Shown here piece after piece: positions 23,668 through 27,239 of a stretch of DNA of 27,239 nt (position 1 is the first letter of the stretch; each line of letters starts with the position of its first letter). The position numbers and the translations under genes are program-made. The DNA is from Ginkgo biloba (Eukaryota; Plantae; Ginkgophyta), in contig JANKJI020000002.1 of NCBI GenBank assembly GCA_024626585.2, forward strand, positions 266,744,615 through 266,771,853, in the 5' to 3' direction. Below the pieces are notes generated by a model. It was not told the DNA's origin. It worked only from the letters and a program-made list of their open reading frames with translations, and made no database searches.

Positions 23668-24099
23668 AAGATTGCATACTTTGAGATTTTCCATCTTGAA
23701 GAGGCTAATTATCGAGACTACATATCTCGAATTAGACGACGAGCCTCTTTGGTTTGTATCATATTTAGTTACATAAATGGTTGCATGAGCTTAGCTCTAC
23801 ATGTGCATGCTATATTCTTAACACTAGCTCATCAATTTAAGAGAGACTTGGCCTTTATATTATATAGTTAGTTTTGGGCACAGTCTCTAAGTTAGAGATT
23901 CAATGTATTTTTCTCTCATATTATAAGAGAATTTTGTTCATTAAGGAAATAGTTCCATTGTCTTTCTTCTTCTTCTTGAGAATTCTTCATATTATTTTTT
24001 AAAATTATAAGTCTTTCTTTCAGATCTCATTTAAAAGAGGAGTTATTTGAATTCTTATGGATTTAACTGTCACTTTTTGGTCTGTACTATTAGGTTACA
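23668..24099 (+). mobile_element. Possible 3' part of an LTR ending ...TAGGTTACA
   Basis: T-rich non-coding sequence ending in an LTR-like TTACA at 24099, where sequence character changes. No matching TSD or partner LTR found. Confidence 0.25.
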
Positions 24100-24424
24100 T
24101 GTAGATTCTCGCATGTGTGAAGAATAAGTTTTCAACACTTTTTTTGCATTTTAGACAACCTGTTAGGATTATAGGAAAATCCATCGTACAATTCAACAAA
24201 GTTGTGATGTTAGCAAGAAAACATGTGGCATTGACAATAAATGCCATACCTTTTCTTGAAATTAGAATCAGGGATATTTGGAGTAGAATCTCAAACATAA
24301 CCTACATTACTGCAATCACCCAACACTGCATAAGCTTCCTATTCATAGTAGTAGTATTGGGAAGATTTATTTTAGTTCTATGTGATGATTCATCACTTTT
24401 GCATTCTCTTAAGGTTTCACCTTT
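24100..24424 (-). pseudogene. Possible decayed gag zinc-knuckle region
   Basis: Minus-strand frame RYGIYCQCHMFSC*H...YDGFSYNPNRLSKMQKKC loosely resembles tandem G.CY.C..FGH....C knuckles, but several ligand residues are missing. Confidence 0.2.
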
Positions 24425-24478
24425 GTAGAAACAAAACCTAAGCTACATAATGGATATACAAAAGGATAAACATTAAAT

Positions 24479-24775
24479 ATGCATAATATAATAATAAATC
24501 CACACCTTAAAATACAAAGAGAAAGAAATCATAATATAATGCTTATAAGCTCATAAGGAACTCACTTGAGTCCAAAATATCACAATGAACAACGACTCAT
24601 AAAATATTCTAAGCCTTTAATTATAATCACAAATGAGTCGTGAGTCCCTTATATGCTCGAATTTGGCCTCCTTAGCTTAAACCCTAGCATATGCATCTTT
24701 GTGGTTAACCTTACACACATGGGTCACCACTTATCTCTACATAGTTATTATAATCAAGCATAGTCATATAAATAG
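24479..24775. repeat. Dispersed ~295-bp repeat, copy 2
   Basis: Direct match to 17483-17775. Confidence 0.8.
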
Positions 24776-26569
24776 TTTTTGGGGAATAACCATTTGCTAG
24801 CATTAGTAATTAATAAAGGGATATTTATGGATTTTCTAGTCTACATATAGTCCTCATAATCTTCTTGGTAAGGAAGACCTTATCTTTGGTCCAATTGATA
24901 AATCACAGTCCTTTCCACAGGGAAGGAGGATCCTCTTAATATTTAAATTCTTATAGGGCCTCTTAATAATATGGAGCTTAATAAAGATGAGAATTATAGT
25001 GATGAAATGGGAGGGATAAAAATAATGGACAAAACACGCCTTCACATACATAAGATTTGTTATGTACCAACCATACTTATTATAATGTCCACGACTAATA
25101 TGGTCCTCCTTTTAAATGTAATCTTATAATAAACCCATTATGCTAGATAGCCTTTTTGTAGGAATAGCATCATAAGTCAATCCCAACTTACCTTAAAGAC
25201 TTAAGACATGTAAAGACAACTTGAAGATATATTACAATGTCAACAAAATAACTCTTATCACTTACCATCAAGAAGTTTGATTAGAAGGGTAGAGGGTTGT
25301 TAAAAAGTCTCTTTGAATAGATGTTGGGATCTAATACATACTAAAATTATTAATGACTTATTAATTGTGTTGCCATGTACAAATTTAAGAGATAGGGGAT
25401 GAGAATTTTTCAGAATGAGGCATATTCTCTGCTAATCCAGTTGATCATTCAAGACTTTACATATAAGAAATAAAACATTTTCATGGAAGAGAAGGTATTC
25501 AATTATGACACTCATTTTACTAATGATGTCCCAAAAGACAGGAAGGAATAATTGGGAATCTAAGTACACTATCACATACATGGAAAGAAATGGATCTGCT
25601 AATAGTGGAATAGTAAGCTTCTTATTGTATTTCATATTAAGCTATCATAAGTATTTAATAGAAGTTGGTTGTAAAAATCTTCCAAGGCTAATTGCTTTTT
25701 TTATTATATGATTGAAAAGAAAATGTCAGTCACCCGACCCATTCTTGGTGATGCTAATTATTAGGGTGATAATTGTACTTCACAAAAATGGCATCTAAAG
25801 GGATAAGGGATCATAGGAATATTATTAAGTATTCCCTTTTAGAAGGTCAACAAAATCTTATTAACCTTAGTGGAAAGGGGAATAAAATAAGTAGGTGACA
25901 TAGGATTTTGAAACTTTACATAGAAACACTTGAAACCCTAAACATGTAAGGAGAGTTTTGTCCTTCTCCTATATGGTAAAAAAATGAGATCACAAGTGAT
26001 TTGTGTAAAGATAATATTAAGACATGATGGATAAAAACACATAATGGAAATTCTACATTCAACCATAACATATTTAATAAGAAATTACCTTTGAAAGGTA
26101 ATTGATATCATTAAAACTAGAATGTTTATATATATTTGTAATGGATGACCTTATGAAACATCAAATGTAATAAAAGCACACCATTTGTTCTTCTCACCTC
26201 CCTCTTAGAACCCAAGTGTCATGGATGTGAACTATTTGTATNNNNNNNNNNAGGATGAAGGGAGGCAAGAAATAATTGTGATCAAAGGAGAACCTCTTGA
26301 AAGAGAATTTCATTTCCATATTCCCATTGTAAATAAAAAATGGTAAGGGATTTGCTAAGGATATATGAAAATATCTACCATCTCCTCTTTATGAAGGGGT
26401 GTTTGTATAGGGGTCCTCCTAGTATACTTTACCCTTATAACATGTCTATAACACATTAAAGGATCGATAAAAATTGTGGAGTAGCCAAAAAGTCTCTAAG
26501 TGGGTTTCACACGAGAAATCTATGTGAAGAAAAAAAACTAGGGAAACATGACAAAAGCATGTCAACGTA

Positions 26570-26960
26570 GCTATATTTTTTATTATTTTATTTTTTAAAC
26601 CCTTAGAAAAACATAATGACACATTTTCTTCACTAGTCAACTTTACTATATCCCCATGATTTTCAATGATTAAATGTTGTTGTATGTTTAAATGTGTTTG
26701 TGATATGTTCCTATTAATATCATAAGTGTGATTTAAGCACAATAACAATGATATTGCGATTGGCTTCATAAGATTGATACTACTAGAACTAATAAACAAA
26801 TTATAAAAATAAAAATGTTTCAAGTTGATGCCCTTCTTCTACCAAAAAATAACTTTATCATTAGTTTTTATTTGAAAAGAAAACATTTAGAGTTACTTAA
26901 TGATAGATATAGTGGCATTCAAAGAGCACTTAAGATGATATGCCAAGATGGCAGAATATG
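26570..26960 (-). pseudogene. pol: Ty1/Copia RNase H remnant
   Basis: Minus strand YEANRNIIVI (cf. YEDNQSAIAI), then QTHLNIQQHLIIENHGDIVKLTSEENVSLCFSKGL (cf. TKHIDIxYHFIRE..G.I.KV.SEENVAD.FTKGL) within ORF 26446..26823. A weak upstream KSTYS resembles KSTSG. Confidence 0.55.
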
Positions 26961-27165
26961 TTGATTTTAACATACACATATTCTACCCCTATTTTTTTGT
27001 TCTCATTTTTAGGCACTTAATCACAAGCTAATAAAGGTTTGAAGGAATGGTCCTTAAAGAATAAACATCATCTAGTGAAATTTTTGTATTTCTTAAAATT
27101 AATACAAAAAGTCACATTAATTCTTATAATAGTTCTTATTTTATTACAAATTCTCCCTAATATGT

Positions 27166-27239
27166 TGTTGGAAATTAATGTTAATAGGTTCACAATATTG
27201 AGTCACATTAGTCATTAAGTGATATTAACTTAAGTGGGT
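27166..27239 (+). mobile_element. Possible start of another Copia-like LTR running off the window
   Basis: Only TGTTGGAAA at 27166; it cannot be confirmed within the window. Confidence 0.2.

Noticed and set aside
23706-23736. Small hairpin ctaattatcgaga...tctcgaattag
   Set aside because: Short and imperfect; expected by chance in repeat DNA.
25200-26240. Possible gag relic on the plus strand (TWKEM, LTSLLEP)
   Set aside because: Isolated short motifs in different frames; could be chance.
27141-27160. Minus-strand PPT-like agggagaatt followed by TGTAA
   Set aside because: It lies upstream of the minus-strand RNase H rather than downstream, and no LTR partner is present.

Overview
AT-rich, CpG-depleted eukaryotic DNA from a fragmented draft assembly with 16 N-gaps, several of them 100-N placeholders. 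The TE types and methylation-type decay suggest a large-genome land plant, possibly a gymnosperm (inference). I find no intact host gene, RNA gene or CRISPR array. The window is a nest of old retroelement remnants: (1) a Ty3/gypsy protease-RT remnant on the minus strand (~573-2200); (2) three copies of a long, probably LTR-derived repeat built partly from ~140-bp subunits, with the third copy inverted relative to the first two (4266-6050, 6758-7679, 8863-10762); (3) a young, CpG-rich Copia-like LTR (8484-8862) with clustered A/GCCGAC (DRE/CRT-core) motifs, inserted at the terminus of the third copy; (4) the contiguous 3' half of an Athila/Tat-type gypsy element (12137-~15700) with integrase C-terminus, a TCRCAA-rich region with 104-bp tandem repeats, an extra ORF and a possible PPT/LTR; (5) an L1 LINE ORF1-end/ORF2 endonuclease remnant (minus, 21275-22670); (6) a Copia RNase H remnant (minus, ~26570-26960). 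There are also several dispersed, tandem and palindromic repeats. Most ORFs in the supplied track are gap artefacts or antisense shadows. I see no evidence of a new multi-gene system; the most interesting signals are regulatory and structural features of the TEs. All family assignments come from motif recognition by eye, not from database searches.
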